The notes under the pieces are model-generated. The model did not search any database and had not been told where the DNA came from. It saw only the letters and a list, made by a program, of their open reading frames with translations. 64,000 bases of DNA, taken from NCBI GenBank assembly GCA_029860075.1, contig JAOUBX010000007.1, positions 35,355-99,354 on the forward strand. Reading direction: 5' to 3'. The translations under genes and the position numbers were made by a program. This DNA is from Deltaproteobacteria bacterium (GTDB lineage Bacteria; Desulfobacterota; JADFVX01). Below are positions 29,165-39,300 of the stretch, piece by piece. Numbering within the stretch: position 1 is the first letter of the stretch; each line of letters begins with the position of its first letter.

Positions 29165-31784
29165 TTTTTTAAGTTTTTTTGAAAAAAAGGGCCACAAGGC
29201 GCTGGAGAGTTCTCCCCTTGTACCCCACGGCGACCCTACGCTTCTTTTTACAAATGCGGGAATGGTGCAGTTTAAGGGCGTTTTTCTCGGTGATGAAGAG
29301 AGGCCTTGCGGCAGAGCAGTAACCGTCCAGAAGTGTCTCCGTGCCGGTGGAAAGCATAATGACCTGGAAAATGTAGGGAAAACAGCCAGACATCATACTT
29401 TTTTTGAAATGCTGGGCAATTTTTCCTTTGGCGATTATTTCAAGGAAGAAGCTATCGAGCTGGCATGGGAGTATCTGACGGGGGTGCTTGGGCTTCCCGG
29501 GGAGAGGCTTATCATTACCATTTTCAATGATGACGATGAAGCGGGCAAAATCTGGGAAGAAAAGGCAGGCCTTTCGCCGGAGAAGATCGTCAGGTGCGGC
29601 GAAAAGGATAACTTCTGGTCCATGGGTGATACGGGGCCCTGCGGACCCTGTTCGGAGATCCATTACGACCAGGGAGAAGCTGTGGGTTGCGGCAGGCCCG
29701 AATGTAATGTTGAATGTGATTGTGACAGGTACCTGGAAGTATGGAACCTTGTTTTTATGCAGTATAACAGGGATGAAAAAGGGCAGCTGACACCTCTGCC
29801 TCATCCAAGCATCGATACGGGCATGGGCCTTGAGCGCCTCGCCGCCGTTGTGCAGGGCAAAAGCAGTAATTTTGATTCCGACCTCTTTGCCGGTATATTC
29901 AGGCACATTGAAGAACTGTCTGAAAGAAAGTACGGTGATAATGAAAAAGATGATATCTCCATGCGGGTTATTGCCGACCATATGAGGGCCATTACCTTTC
30001 TCATAACGGACGGCGTGCTTCCTTCCAATGAAGGGAGAGGTTATGTTTTAAGAAGGATTATGAGGAGAGCTGCCCGTCATGGAAGAAAGCTGGGTCTTAA
30101 GGAACCCTTCCTCCATCTGACGGCAGGCGCTGTTGCCGATGAAATGGGAGAGACTTATCCTGCCCTCAAAGAGACGCGGGATTATTGCGCCAGGGTCATT
30201 GTTCATGAGGAAGAGCGGTTCTTGAATACTCTCGATCACGGGATGCGCCTTCTTGAAGAAGAGGTTGAAAAACTGAAAGATGAGGGCGCTCACATGCTTA
30301 ATGGTGAGGTCGCTTTCAAGCTTTACGATACTTATGGTTTTCCTCTCGATCTTACGGAAGACGTGCTGAAAGAATCAGAAATGACTGTTGACAGGGACGG
30401 TTTTGAACGTTCCATGGATAAACAGAAGGATGCTGCCAGGCAGGCATGGGCCGGTTCCGGCGAGGATAAGGTATCGGCTGTTTATGCAGAGCTTGTAAAA
30501 AAAGGGATTAATGAGACGGACTTTGCCGGTTATGATGCGGCTGAATGCGAGGGCAAGGTCCTTGCCATTATAAAAGAGGGCAAAATTGCTGATTCGGCCG
30601 GTGAAGGGGATTCCCTTGAAATCGTTACGGACAGGACCGTTTTTTATGGTGAATCGGGTGGTCAGAAGGGGGATGCAGGGGAAGTCTTCACTTCATCAGG
30701 CTCGGTCATGACCGTCAGTGATACCTGGAAGCCCCTTGCTTCACTTGTTGTTCATAAGGGGACGGTAAAAAGGGGACGCTTCCATAAAGAGGACAGGGTT
30801 CAGTTGAAGATTGACGCCGAAAAAAGAAGCGCCACAGAAAAGAACCACAGCGCTACTCACCTCCTCCATTCAGCCCTTAAAGAAGTGCTTGGCGACCATG
30901 TCAACCAGGCAGGTTCACTTGTTGCCGGCGACAGGCTCCGCTTTGATTTCAGTCACTTTACATCGCTTAGCCGGAGAGAGTTGGCAAAGATAGAAGAGAT
31001 TGTCAATGAGCAGATCTGGTTCAATTCTCCTCTTTCCACTGAACTTCTCTCCATTGCTGAGGCCAAAGCGAAGGGAGCAACGGCGCTCTTTGGTGAAAAG
31101 TACGGTGATACGGTACGTGTCGTTACTGTACCGGGATTCTCCATGGAGCTTTGCGGCGGCACCCATGTTAATATGTCGGGGGAGATCGGCCCCTTCAGGA
31201 TTATTTCTGAAGGGGGAATTGCTGCCGGTGTCAGGCGGATTGAGGCGGCAACAGGACAAAGAGCCTATGAAATTTCCCTCAGGGAAAGGGAGGAGCTTGA
31301 TCATGTGGGAGCGCTTGTCCGGGGTAAGGGGGGAGAGATTGGTAAAAAAGTAGAAGCCCTCATTGCAAAGCAGAAGGGGCTTGAAAATGAAATTAACAAG
31401 CTTAAGGAAAAGCTTGCCTCTTCCGGTGGTAAGGACATGATGGCCGATGTGATCGAGGTGAATGGCACAAAAGTCCTTTCCATCCGCATTGAAGGCGCCG
31501 ATGCAAAGAGCCTGAGAAGCCTTATGGATAACCTGAAAAACAAAATCGGCTCGGGGGTAGTCGTTATTGGGGCGCCTGATGCTGACAAGGTGCTTTTAAT
31601 TGCCGGTGTTACCAGTGATCTGACGTCCAGGTTCCATGCAGGAAAGATTGCAGGCCAGATAGCTCCCCTCGTAGGTGGAAAGGGCGGTGGCCGGCCTGAT
31701 ATGGCTCAGGCTGGCGGTAAGGATGTTTCAAAACTTGATGATGCCCTTGCAAAAGTCAAAGAAATCGTAGCAAATACCGTCTAA
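29139..31784 (+). CDS. alaS: Alanine--tRNA ligase
   Basis: 881-aa canonical AlaRS (FTNAGMVQFK, RAGGKHNDLENVG, FFEMLGNFSFGDYFK, HSATHLLH, and a DHHA1-like GGKGGGRPDMAQAGG). Confidence 0.95.
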   Translation: MTGKEIRNSFLSFFEKKGHKALESSPLVPHGDPTLLFTNAGMVQFKGVFLGDEERPCGRAVTVQKCLRAGGKHNDLENVGKTARHHTFFEMLGNFSFGDYFKEEAIELAWEYLTGVLGLPGERLIITIFNDDDEAGKIWEEKAGLSPEKIVRCGEKDNFWSMGDTGPCGPCSEIHYDQGEAVGCGRPECNVECDCDRYLEVWNLVFMQYNRDEKGQLTPLPHPSIDTGMGLERLAAVVQGKSSNFDSDLFAGIFRHIEELSERKYGDNEKDDISMRVIADHMRAITFLITDGVLPSNEGRGYVLRRIMRRAARHGRKLGLKEPFLHLTAGAVADEMGETYPALKETRDYCARVIVHEEERFLNTLDHGMRLLEEEVEKLKDEGAHMLNGEVAFKLYDTYGFPLDLTEDVLKESEMTVDRDGFERSMDKQKDAARQAWAGSGEDKVSAVYAELVKKGINETDFAGYDAAECEGKVLAIIKEGKIADSAGEGDSLEIVTDRTVFYGESGGQKGDAGEVFTSSGSVMTVSDTWKPLASLVVHKGTVKRGRFHKEDRVQLKIDAEKRSATEKNHSATHLLHSALKEVLGDHVNQAGSLVAGDRLRFDFSHFTSLSRRELAKIEEIVNEQIWFNSPLSTELLSIAEAKAKGATALFGEKYGDTVRVVTVPGFSMELCGGTHVNMSGEIGPFRIISEGGIAAGVRRIEAATGQRAYEISLREREELDHVGALVRGKGGEIGKKVEALIAKQKGLENEINKLKEKLASSGGKDMMADVIEVNGTKVLSIRIEGADAKSLRSLMDNLKNKIGSGVVVIGAPDADKVLLIAGVTSDLTSRFHAGKIAGQIAPLVGGKGGGRPDMAQAGGKDVSKLDDALAKVKEIVANTV

Positions 31785-31918
31785 TAACACCTTTTTCTTG
31801 ATTCATTGCCTCTTCTCCTGTAAATTATAAGGTCTTCTACATAGGGCGGCGTTTCCATGCCAAAGGCATAGGACCTGGCCCTATTTTAATTTTTTTGCAA
31901 AAGTGAAGGAGGTTAGAC

Positions 31919-32104
31919 ATGTTTGGAATAGGAATGCCGGAACTGATAATAATTCTTGTTATAATCCTCGTCATATTTGGAGCCGGAAAACTTCCCGAGA
32001 TAGGGTCAGGTCTCGGCAAGGCAATAAAAGGTTTCAAGGGCGGCCTCAAGGAGGTTGAGGCTGATATCAAGTCTGATGATAAGGATGGTCAGGAAAAGGC
32101 CTGA
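31919..32104 (+). CDS. tatA: Twin-arginine translocase TatA/E
   Basis: [50 protein letters not shown] lies upstream. Confidence 0.9.
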   Translation: MFGIGMPELIIILVIILVIFGAGKLPEIGSGLGKAIKGFKGGLKEVEADIKSDDKDGQEKA

Positions 32105-32128
32105 ACAGGGTTTTAAGGATTTTTCATC

Positions 32129-32611
32129 ATGAGCGCTAAAAGAAAATTAATAGCCGGTGTGCTGACTTTGTCCGATAGCAGGAGTGAGGCTGAAGATGAA
32201 AGTGGAAAGGCCATCAAGGAGATCCTGGCGAGAGAAGGCTTTGAGACGGTAGAGTACGCCGTCATTCCCGATAACAAGGTGATGATAAAAGAGACGCTTG
32301 TTGTCTGGGCCAATGAAAGGCTTGATCTTATTGTAACAACGGGAGGGACGGGGCCCGGCCCGAGAGACGTAACGCCTGAAGCGACTGAATCGGTTTTAGA
32401 AAGGAATATGCCCGGCCTTTCCGAGCTTATTCGAATGGAGGGGCTCAAAAAGACGAAAAGGGCCTGCCTTTCGAGAGGCGTTAGCGGTATCAGGGGGAAG
32501 ACGATTATTATCAACCTGCCGGGGAGTAAAAAAGGCGCCGTTGAGTCTCTCGAAGCGGTTATTGATCAAATCCCCCATGCCCTATTAATGATGGAAGGAG
32601 GGGGCCACTGA
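32129..32611 (+). CDS. mog: Molybdopterin adenylyltransferase-like MogA/MoaB family protein
   Basis: MoCF-biosynthesis domain (LSDSRS...DLIVTTGGTGPGPRDVTPEAT...PGLSEL...INLPGS.K). Confidence 0.8.
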   Translation: MSAKRKLIAGVLTLSDSRSEAEDESGKAIKEILAREGFETVEYAVIPDNKVMIKETLVVWANERLDLIVTTGGTGPGPRDVTPEATESVLERNMPGLSELIRMEGLKKTKRACLSRGVSGIRGKTIIINLPGSKKGAVESLEAVIDQIPHALLMMEGGGH

Positions 32612-32612
32612 T

Positions 32613-33392
32613 TTGAGTGACTCTGCCGTCGATAGAGAAGAGGAACAGGACGAGAGTGCGGCTCCCTTAACGGAGCACTTAAAAGAGCTTAGGACGAGGC
32701 TGATTCGCAGCTGCTGGGCTGTGGGGATCGGTTTTGCCGCTTCTTACAGTTTTTCCAGTGAGATTTTTAATCTGCTCATGCATCCCCTGGTAAAGGTCAT
32801 GCCCGACAAGAGTTCCATGATTTTCACGGGACTTACGGAAGGTTTCTTTACTTATCTCAAGGTTGCATTTCTGACAGGACTTATGCTGGCCACGCCTGTT
32901 ATTTTCTACCAGATATGGGCATTTATTGCGCCGGGTCTTTACAGCCATGAAAGAAAATATGTCATTCCCTTTACCGTTCTTTCCGTATTTTTCTTTACCG
33001 GTGGGGCAATTTTCGGCTACTTCCTGGTATTTCCCTTTGCTTTTGAGTTCTTTATGAGCTTCAATACGGAAGATATTGTTGCCCTTCCGTCGATGAAGGA
33101 ATATCTCGCTTTTTCGACGAAACTGCTTATTGCCTTTGGCACGGCATTTGAGCTGCCCATCTTTATCGTTTTTCTGGCCAAGTTTGGTCTTGTTACTGTT
33201 GAGATGCTGACGAAAAACAGGAAGTATGTTCTCGTCGGTTCATTCATCGTGGCGGCTCTTCTTACGCCTCCCGACGTGGTCACCCAGACGCTGATGGCTT
33301 TCCCTCTTATGCTGCTTTATGAACTCGGCATTATCGGGACCCGATTATTTGTAAGAAAAAAGACAGAAACCAGTGAAGAACTATCAACATAA
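32613..33392 (+). CDS. tatC: Twin-arginine translocase subunit TatC
   Basis: The LTEHLKELRTRLI motif and six TM segments are typical of TatC. TTG start. Confidence 0.88.
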   Translation: MSDSAVDREEEQDESAAPLTEHLKELRTRLIRSCWAVGIGFAASYSFSSEIFNLLMHPLVKVMPDKSSMIFTGLTEGFFTYLKVAFLTGLMLATPVIFYQIWAFIAPGLYSHERKYVIPFTVLSVFFFTGGAIFGYFLVFPFAFEFFMSFNTEDIVALPSMKEYLAFSTKLLIAFGTAFELPIFIVFLAKFGLVTVEMLTKNRKYVLVGSFIVAALLTPPDVVTQTLMAFPLMLLYELGIIGTRLFVRKKTETSEELST

Positions 33393-33408
33393 AGGAGTAA
33401 AGAAGTAA

Positions 33409-34374
33409 ATGGACAAGTATCCACGCATGTTTATCATTTCCAGTGTAGTCTACCTCTTGATCGGCACCATGATGGGAGCCTTGATGGCGAGTCACGCCCT
33501 TGATCCCTTTTATCGTTTTATCCATATCCATGTCAATCTTTTCGGATTTATGGCTATGGTCGTATTCGGTGTTGCCTACCATATTCTTCCCCGTTTTATG
33601 GGGAAATCCTTAAAATTTCCGGCCCTTGTGCCCTTGCATTTCTATTCGGCACATATCGGTCTTATCGGGTTAATGATTGCCTATGCCGCCAATGGTTATG
33701 TTGACCCTGACCAAAAATCGGCCTACCTGCTTTTCCAGATGTCGTCAGGTTTTGCATCGCTGGCTGTTGTTTTCTTCGCCCTTAATATTATTCCCGTCCT
33801 TATTATGACGCCCAGAAAACCGATTAATGTGCCTGCACCGGCACCTTCGTCACAGCCGAAAGCTGAAAATGAGACGGGAGTGACCTTTACGGCAGATATG
33901 AAGATAGGGGAAATACTGGAAAAGCGCCCCGAGACGCTCTCCATTTTTGTCAGCGCCGGTTTTAAGGCGCTTGCAGACCCTGAAAAGAGAAAGTCCATGG
34001 GAGAGAAGCTTGTTTTGAAAACAGCCTGCCAGATAAGAGGTATCGATCTTAAGGACTTGCTCTCCAAACTTAACGGCCCTATCTCCGCGGAGGAAGCGAA
34101 GGTTGAAGCGCCTGCGGCTCCCCAGGTTCCCCCCCAACAGGCGCTTTCCCTCAAAAGGGGTGATCTTGTTGAACTGAAGACGCCCGTGGGGCATATGATC
34201 CAGGTTTATCCCGAAACGAGAAAAGTATTGGAAGATAACTACGGTGGCGAGTGTTTTACCTGTCCCGGTATGGCTATTGAAACGGTGGAGCAGACGGCCC
34301 ACATGCATAACAAGGCGCCTGAGGATATTTTGAACCAGGTCAACAGCATTGTTAAGGATGCCTTGAGCGAGTAA
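33409..34374 (+). CDS. Membrane protein with His-bearing TM domain and two C-terminal DUF1858-like domains
   Basis: The N-terminal about 130 aa form 4 TM helices with FIHIHVNLFGF...GVAYHILPRF. The C-terminus has two copies of the DUF1858-type pattern (FTADMKIGEILEKRPETLSIF..., and ...YPETRKVLEDNYGGECFTCPGMAIETVEQ). Confidence 0.5.
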   Translation: MDKYPRMFIISSVVYLLIGTMMGALMASHALDPFYRFIHIHVNLFGFMAMVVFGVAYHILPRFMGKSLKFPALVPLHFYSAHIGLIGLMIAYAANGYVDPDQKSAYLLFQMSSGFASLAVVFFALNIIPVLIMTPRKPINVPAPAPSSQPKAENETGVTFTADMKIGEILEKRPETLSIFVSAGFKALADPEKRKSMGEKLVLKTACQIRGIDLKDLLSKLNGPISAEEAKVEAPAAPQVPPQQALSLKRGDLVELKTPVGHMIQVYPETRKVLEDNYGGECFTCPGMAIETVEQTAHMHNKAPEDILNQVNSIVKDALSE

Positions 34375-34398
34375 AGTTAGTGGCGTGAAAATAATTTG

Positions 34399-34434
34399 AA
34401 ACCCCTTTTGCCTTGAGGTATGAGGGGTTTTTTG
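34399..34434 (+). terminator. Rho-independent terminator
   Basis: Stem aaacccct/aggggttt followed by a T run. Confidence 0.6.
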
Positions 34435-34517
34435 TCCTTTATTCTTGAAAAAAAGGCCTCTTTTCTTTACTATAGTAAGGCTAAGCGCTTAAAAATAAAT
34501 CAATCCAGGGACAACTT

Positions 34518-35615
34518 ATGGCTGTTAGAGAAGAAGACATATTAGAAGCATTAAAAGTTGTGATCGATCCTGATCTCAAGAAAGATATCGTCTCTTTGGG
34601 ATTTATAAAAGAGATGAAAATAGCCGGTTCAAGTGTAAGTTTTGATCTTGAACTGACGACCCCTGCCTGCCCGCTCAAGGCAGAGCTTGAAAAAGGGGCG
34701 AGAGAGGCCGCTTTATCCGTAGCGGGTGTTGAAGACGTTAAGGTAAATGTCACCTCCAGTGTGAGAAAAGCGGGTCCCGGTGGGATGACGGCGCCTAAAA
34801 TTGAGAATCTAATTCCTTCCGTTAAAAATGTTATTGCTATTGCCAGCGGTAAGGGAGGGGTGGGGAAATCGACAGTCAGTGTTAACCTTTCCCTTGCTAT
34901 GGCTGCGGAAGGCGCTAAAGTCGGACTCCTTGATCTCGATATTTACGGACCCAGTATTCCCATGATGATGGGCGCGAAGGGTCAGCCTAAAAATGATGGC
35001 GGCAAGATGGTTCCCATTGAAAATCATGGTGTGAGAATGATGTCGCTCGGGTTTCTCGTTCCTGACGGCGCGCCCCTTATCTGGCGTGGCCCCATGGTGA
35101 TGAGCGCCGTCGAGCAGCTACTTAAGGATGTGGCCTGGGGAGATCTCGACTACCTCTTTATCGATCTGCCGCCGGGCACGGGAGATGCCCAGCTTTCACT
35201 TACCCAGAAGGCGCATATGAGCGGCGCTGTTATTGTTACGACGCCGCAGGACGTGGCCCTTCTCGATGCAACCAAGGGTCTTGCCATGTTTAAAAAAGTG
35301 AATGTCGATGTGCTGGGAATCATCGAAAATATGAGTTTTTATCTCTGCCCCAACTGCGGAGAAAGATCTGAAATATTCAGTCATGGCGGGGCGAGAAAGG
35401 CCAGTGAGAAGGAAGGCGTTCCCTTTCTCGGGGAGATTCCCATCAATGTAAATATCAGAGAAGGCGGTGACAGCGGCAAGCCGATTGTTATTGCAGACCC
35501 GGAGGGGCCGCTTGCAGAGCGGTTCAGGGAAATGGCAAAGGCTTTGGCTGCCAGAATTAGTATACAGAGTTTCCAGGAAAACCAGGAGAACAATGCAGCA
35601 ACTGCAAACCAATAA
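34518..35615 (+). CDS. apbC: Mrp/NBP35/ApbC-family Fe-S cluster carrier ATPase
   Basis: N-terminal DUF59-like region, deviant Walker A ASGKGGVGKST, and the CPNCG CxxC motif. Confidence 0.88.
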   Translation: MAVREEDILEALKVVIDPDLKKDIVSLGFIKEMKIAGSSVSFDLELTTPACPLKAELEKGAREAALSVAGVEDVKVNVTSSVRKAGPGGMTAPKIENLIPSVKNVIAIASGKGGVGKSTVSVNLSLAMAAEGAKVGLLDLDIYGPSIPMMMGAKGQPKNDGGKMVPIENHGVRMMSLGFLVPDGAPLIWRGPMVMSAVEQLLKDVAWGDLDYLFIDLPPGTGDAQLSLTQKAHMSGAVIVTTPQDVALLDATKGLAMFKKVNVDVLGIIENMSFYLCPNCGERSEIFSHGGARKASEKEGVPFLGEIPINVNIREGGDSGKPIVIADPEGPLAERFREMAKALAARISIQSFQENQENNAATANQ

Positions 35616-35634
35616 AGAGAGCAAGGAGAAAAAA

Positions 35635-35871
35635 ATGAGTATAAGTGAAGAGAAAAAGAATGCCATTATCGAGGCTTTAAACAGCATCAGACCCTACCTT
35701 CAGGCTGATGGTGGTGATGTAGAGTACGTGGATTATGTTGATGATGTGGTACAGGTAAGGCTTAAGGGCGCCTGCGGCACGTGCCCCAGCGCCATGATGA
35801 CCCTTCAGATGGGTGTAGAAAGAGCTATTAGAGAAAAACTTCCCGAGATCAAGGGCGTTGTTGCCGTATAA
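35635..35871 (+). CDS. NifU C-terminal-domain (Nfu-type) Fe-S scaffold protein
   Basis: The ATG at 35635 follows AAGGAGA. The sequence has IRPYLQADGGDVEYV...LKGACGTCPSA. Confidence 0.85.
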   Translation: MSISEEKKNAIIEALNSIRPYLQADGGDVEYVDYVDDVVQVRLKGACGTCPSAMMTLQMGVERAIREKLPEIKGVVAV

Positions 35872-35906
35872 GGGCTAAATTCTCGATTATTTGGAATGTT
35901 AACTAT

Positions 35907-35950
35907 AATCCCCTCTTCCGGCAGAGCAGTCTTTGCCGGAAGAGGGGATT
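35907..35950 (+). terminator. Strong 15-bp hairpin without T tract (terminator/attenuator-like); 3' arm contains the SD of the next gene
   Basis: Stem atcccctcttccggc / gccggaagaggggat with a 12-nt loop. The next gene's ATG is at 35956. Confidence 0.45.
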
Positions 35951-35955
35951 AAGTA

Positions 35956-36270
35956 ATGAAAAGGAGTAAGTCCTTGGAAGATAAAAAAAAGGAAGTCAAA
36001 CTGCAGATCGATATCGACGATGTAACGGCGCAGGGGGCCTACTGTAATTTTGCCATCGTCAATCACTCCGATACGGAATTTGTCATTGATTTTATCTACC
36101 TTCAGCCTATGCAGCCCAAAGCAAAGGTGAGGTCGAGAATCATTACGGCCCCCAAACATGCAAAGAAACTGGTTAATGCGCTTCTGGAAAACATCAAGAG
36201 ATATGAAGAGAAGTTCGGGCCTGTTCCCGAAGATAACAGCGATATAACACCTCAGGATATTGTCCATTAA
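35956..36270 (+). CDS. DUF3467-domain protein
   Basis: YCNFAIVNHSDTEFVIDFIYLQP...ITAPKHAKKLVNALLENIKRYEEKFG is the typical DUF3467 pattern. Confidence 0.7.
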   Translation: MKRSKSLEDKKKEVKLQIDIDDVTAQGAYCNFAIVNHSDTEFVIDFIYLQPMQPKAKVRSRIITAPKHAKKLVNALLENIKRYEEKFGPVPEDNSDITPQDIVH

Positions 36271-36302
36271 TATTGCAACCGTCCCCTTCATCCCCTGATT
36301 TA

Positions 36303-39300
36303 ATGTCAAACACACTTTCCGGTAACATCCCCCTGGGGCTGGCCGGTGATGAAAGGAAGGCCATTGCCGGTCTTAAAGGATCGTCCCTTGCCTGGCTTCT
36401 TTCCCGAAATATCGAGGCCGGTGAAGGGCCGTTTTTCATCATTGCGCCCTCTTCGACGGAAGCGGAAAAGCTCTTTGGAGATCTCAAATTCTTTCTGGGA
36501 GAAAAGAGCAGGGTCTGCTATTTTCCTCAATGGGAGGTTCTTCCCTATGAAAACCTTTCACCCCACCGGGCAATCGTATCGGAAAGGCTTAAAACCCTCT
36601 ATGCTCTTGCTGTTGATGACGTGCATGCCCTTATAACGACGGTTCCATCGGCCATGCAAAGGGTTATGCCTAAATCGGTTATTACGGGCATGGTCGATTA
36701 TCTTGTTACAGGTGAAGAGATCCCTTTTGACGGTTTCCTGGAGAGCCTGGCAGAACGGGGGTATGTAAGGACGCTCCATGTGGAAGAGATGGGAGAGTTC
36801 AGTGTCAGGGGGGGGATCGTTGATATCTTTGGGCCTGCAATGGATTTTCCGGTGCGAATTGAGTTTTTTGGTGATGAGGTGGAGTCGATGAGGGAGTTTG
36901 AACTTGAAAGCCAGAAGTCTACCGGTGTGGAACTTGAAGAGCTGACCCTTCTTCCTGCGGGAGAAATATTCCTCAATCCCCAAAAAGGGAAGGCCATTAC
37001 CCGAATTATCAAGGTGAGGGGCGTTGACGGGGGAGCGTCGAGAGACCATCTTAATGAAATCCGGAACAGCTTTAACGAAGGAATTCCTTTTCAGGGGATA
37101 GAGTTTTTTCTTCCCGATTTTTATCCTGAATGGGCCACTCTCTTTGATTATCTTCCCCCCAAAACGATCACTGTGAGGCTTGATAACGAGGAGCTTCTAT
37201 ACCGGGCCGGTGAATTTGAAAAAAGCTTTATCGAAGGCTATGAAAAAGGGTGGGCCAATGGCTGGCCCTTTCCTGAGCCGGAAAGGTTTTATCTCCATGG
37301 GGAATCTCTCATGACAAGCCTCGATAAATGGCCCTCTCTCCTGGTGGGTGGCGTTAATGTGGGAGAGAAGGAAGCTGTCAGGATCGATGTAGAAAATAAC
37401 CGTGATATTCGCACCTTCATTAGCGGCGCAAAAAAAGAAAAAAGTCCTCTTGAACTGCTTGTTGAGAAAATCAGTGAATGGCGAAATGATGGTATCTCTC
37501 TTTTCTTTTCTGCCCATACCCGGGGGCAGGGAGAGCGCCTGGGAGAGCTTCTCAAATTTCACGGCCTTAATATTTCCATTAAGGAAAGTCCGCCTGACTT
37601 TAAAGAAACAGGTGATGGAATTCCCCTTTACATAGGTGAGCTTTCTACAGGCTTTAAAGACCTGGAAGGCCGTTTCGTGCTTATCACGGAAGAGGATGTT
37701 TTCGGCGAAAGGCACAAAAGGCGCGGACGGCTTAAAAAGGCAGGTGATCTCAGGATTGCCTCCTTCGGCCAGCTTAAAAGCGGCGACTGCATTGTCCATG
37801 TTGATCACGGTATCGGGATATACAAGGGGCTGGGCAAGCTGGAAGCGGGCGGGACCATTGGCGACTACCTGGAACTTGAATACTTTGGTGGCGACAAGGT
37901 TTTTCTCCCCGTCGACAGGCTGAATCTGGTTCAGCGTTACGGAGGGGGTGAAAATGAAGTCCCCAAACTGGATAAACTTGGCGGCACATCCTGGGAAAAG
38001 GTCAAGAAAAGGGTCAAAAAGGCCGTTACTGAAATGGCGGCTGAACTTCTGGAAATTCATGCCGCCAGGGAGGTTATGAAGGGCCATGCCTATGCCGTCG
38101 ACAGTGAGGAGTTCAGTGAATTTGAGGCCTCCTTCGAATATGAGGAGACACCCGATCAGAAAAATGCCATCGATGACGTTATTAACGATATGAAAAGCAG
38201 GCGGCCTATGGACAGGCTGGTTTGCGGGGATGTGGGCTACGGCAAGACGGAAGTTGCTGTCAGGGCGGCCTTTGTGACAGCCATGGAAGGGCGGCAGGTG
38301 GCCCTTCTCGTTCCTACGACCATCCTCGCCCAGCAGCATTACCAGACTTTTTGCGACAGGTTCAAAGGCTACCCCATTGTTGTCGAGAGATTGACCCGTT
38401 TTTGCAGCGGAGCCAGACAGAAAGAGGTGGTAAAAAAGCTTGAAGAGGGGAAAGTCGATCTTATTATCGGGACACACAGGCTTTTACAGAAAGATGTCAA
38501 ATTCAGGAACCTTGGGCTTGTCGTCGTTGATGAGGAACAGCGTTTCGGTGTTACCCACAAGGAAAAACTGAAGAAGATAAGAAAAACGGTGGATGTGCTC
38601 ACTCTGACAGCCACGCCTATTCCCAGAACACTTCACATGTCCATGATGGGAATCAGGGACTTAAGTATTATCAGCAGCCCTCCCGAAGGGCGTCTCGCCA
38701 TACGGACCTTTGTTACCAATTATGACGAGGAAGTTATCAGGGAAGCCGTTATGAGAGAACTCAGGCGCGGCGGACAGGTCTTTTTTGTGCACAACCGGGT
38801 GCAGGATATTGAAAATGTTGCAGCCAATATGCGGGAGATCGTTCCCGAGGCGAAGATTGCCATTGCCCACGGTCAGATGCATGAGCATGAATTGGAAAAG
38901 GTGATGCTTGAATTTGATAAAGGTGAAAAGAACCTTATTGTTTGCACCACAATTATTGAATCGGGCCTCGATATCCCCAATGCCAATACGATAATCATGC
39001 ATAATGCCCAGAGTATGGGCCTTGCCCAGCTCTATCAGTTAAGGGGAAGAGTGGGCAGGTCTAAACACAGGGCTTATGCCTACCTCCTTGTCCCAACGGG
39101 ACTCATTCTCACGAAAGAGGCAAGAAAAAGACTTCAGGCTATACAGGAAATGAAGGAACTCAGTTCCGGGTTTCAGCTTGCTTCCTATGACCTCGAAATC
39201 AGGGGGGCCGGGAATATTGTGGGAGCGGAACAGTCGGGAAATATTGAGGCTGTCGGTTTTGAACTCTTCTCCTCCATGCTGGAAAAGGCAGTAGCCGAAG

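Noticed and set aside
37197-38477. 426-aa minus-strand ORF. Other long antisense ORFs lie at 29169-29981, 43044-43793, 2925-3596 and 35196-35687.
   Set aside because: Each lies entirely antisense within a high-confidence conserved gene (mfd, alaS, pgm, aclA, apbC). They have low-complexity, unrecognisable sequence and are typical shadow ORFs.
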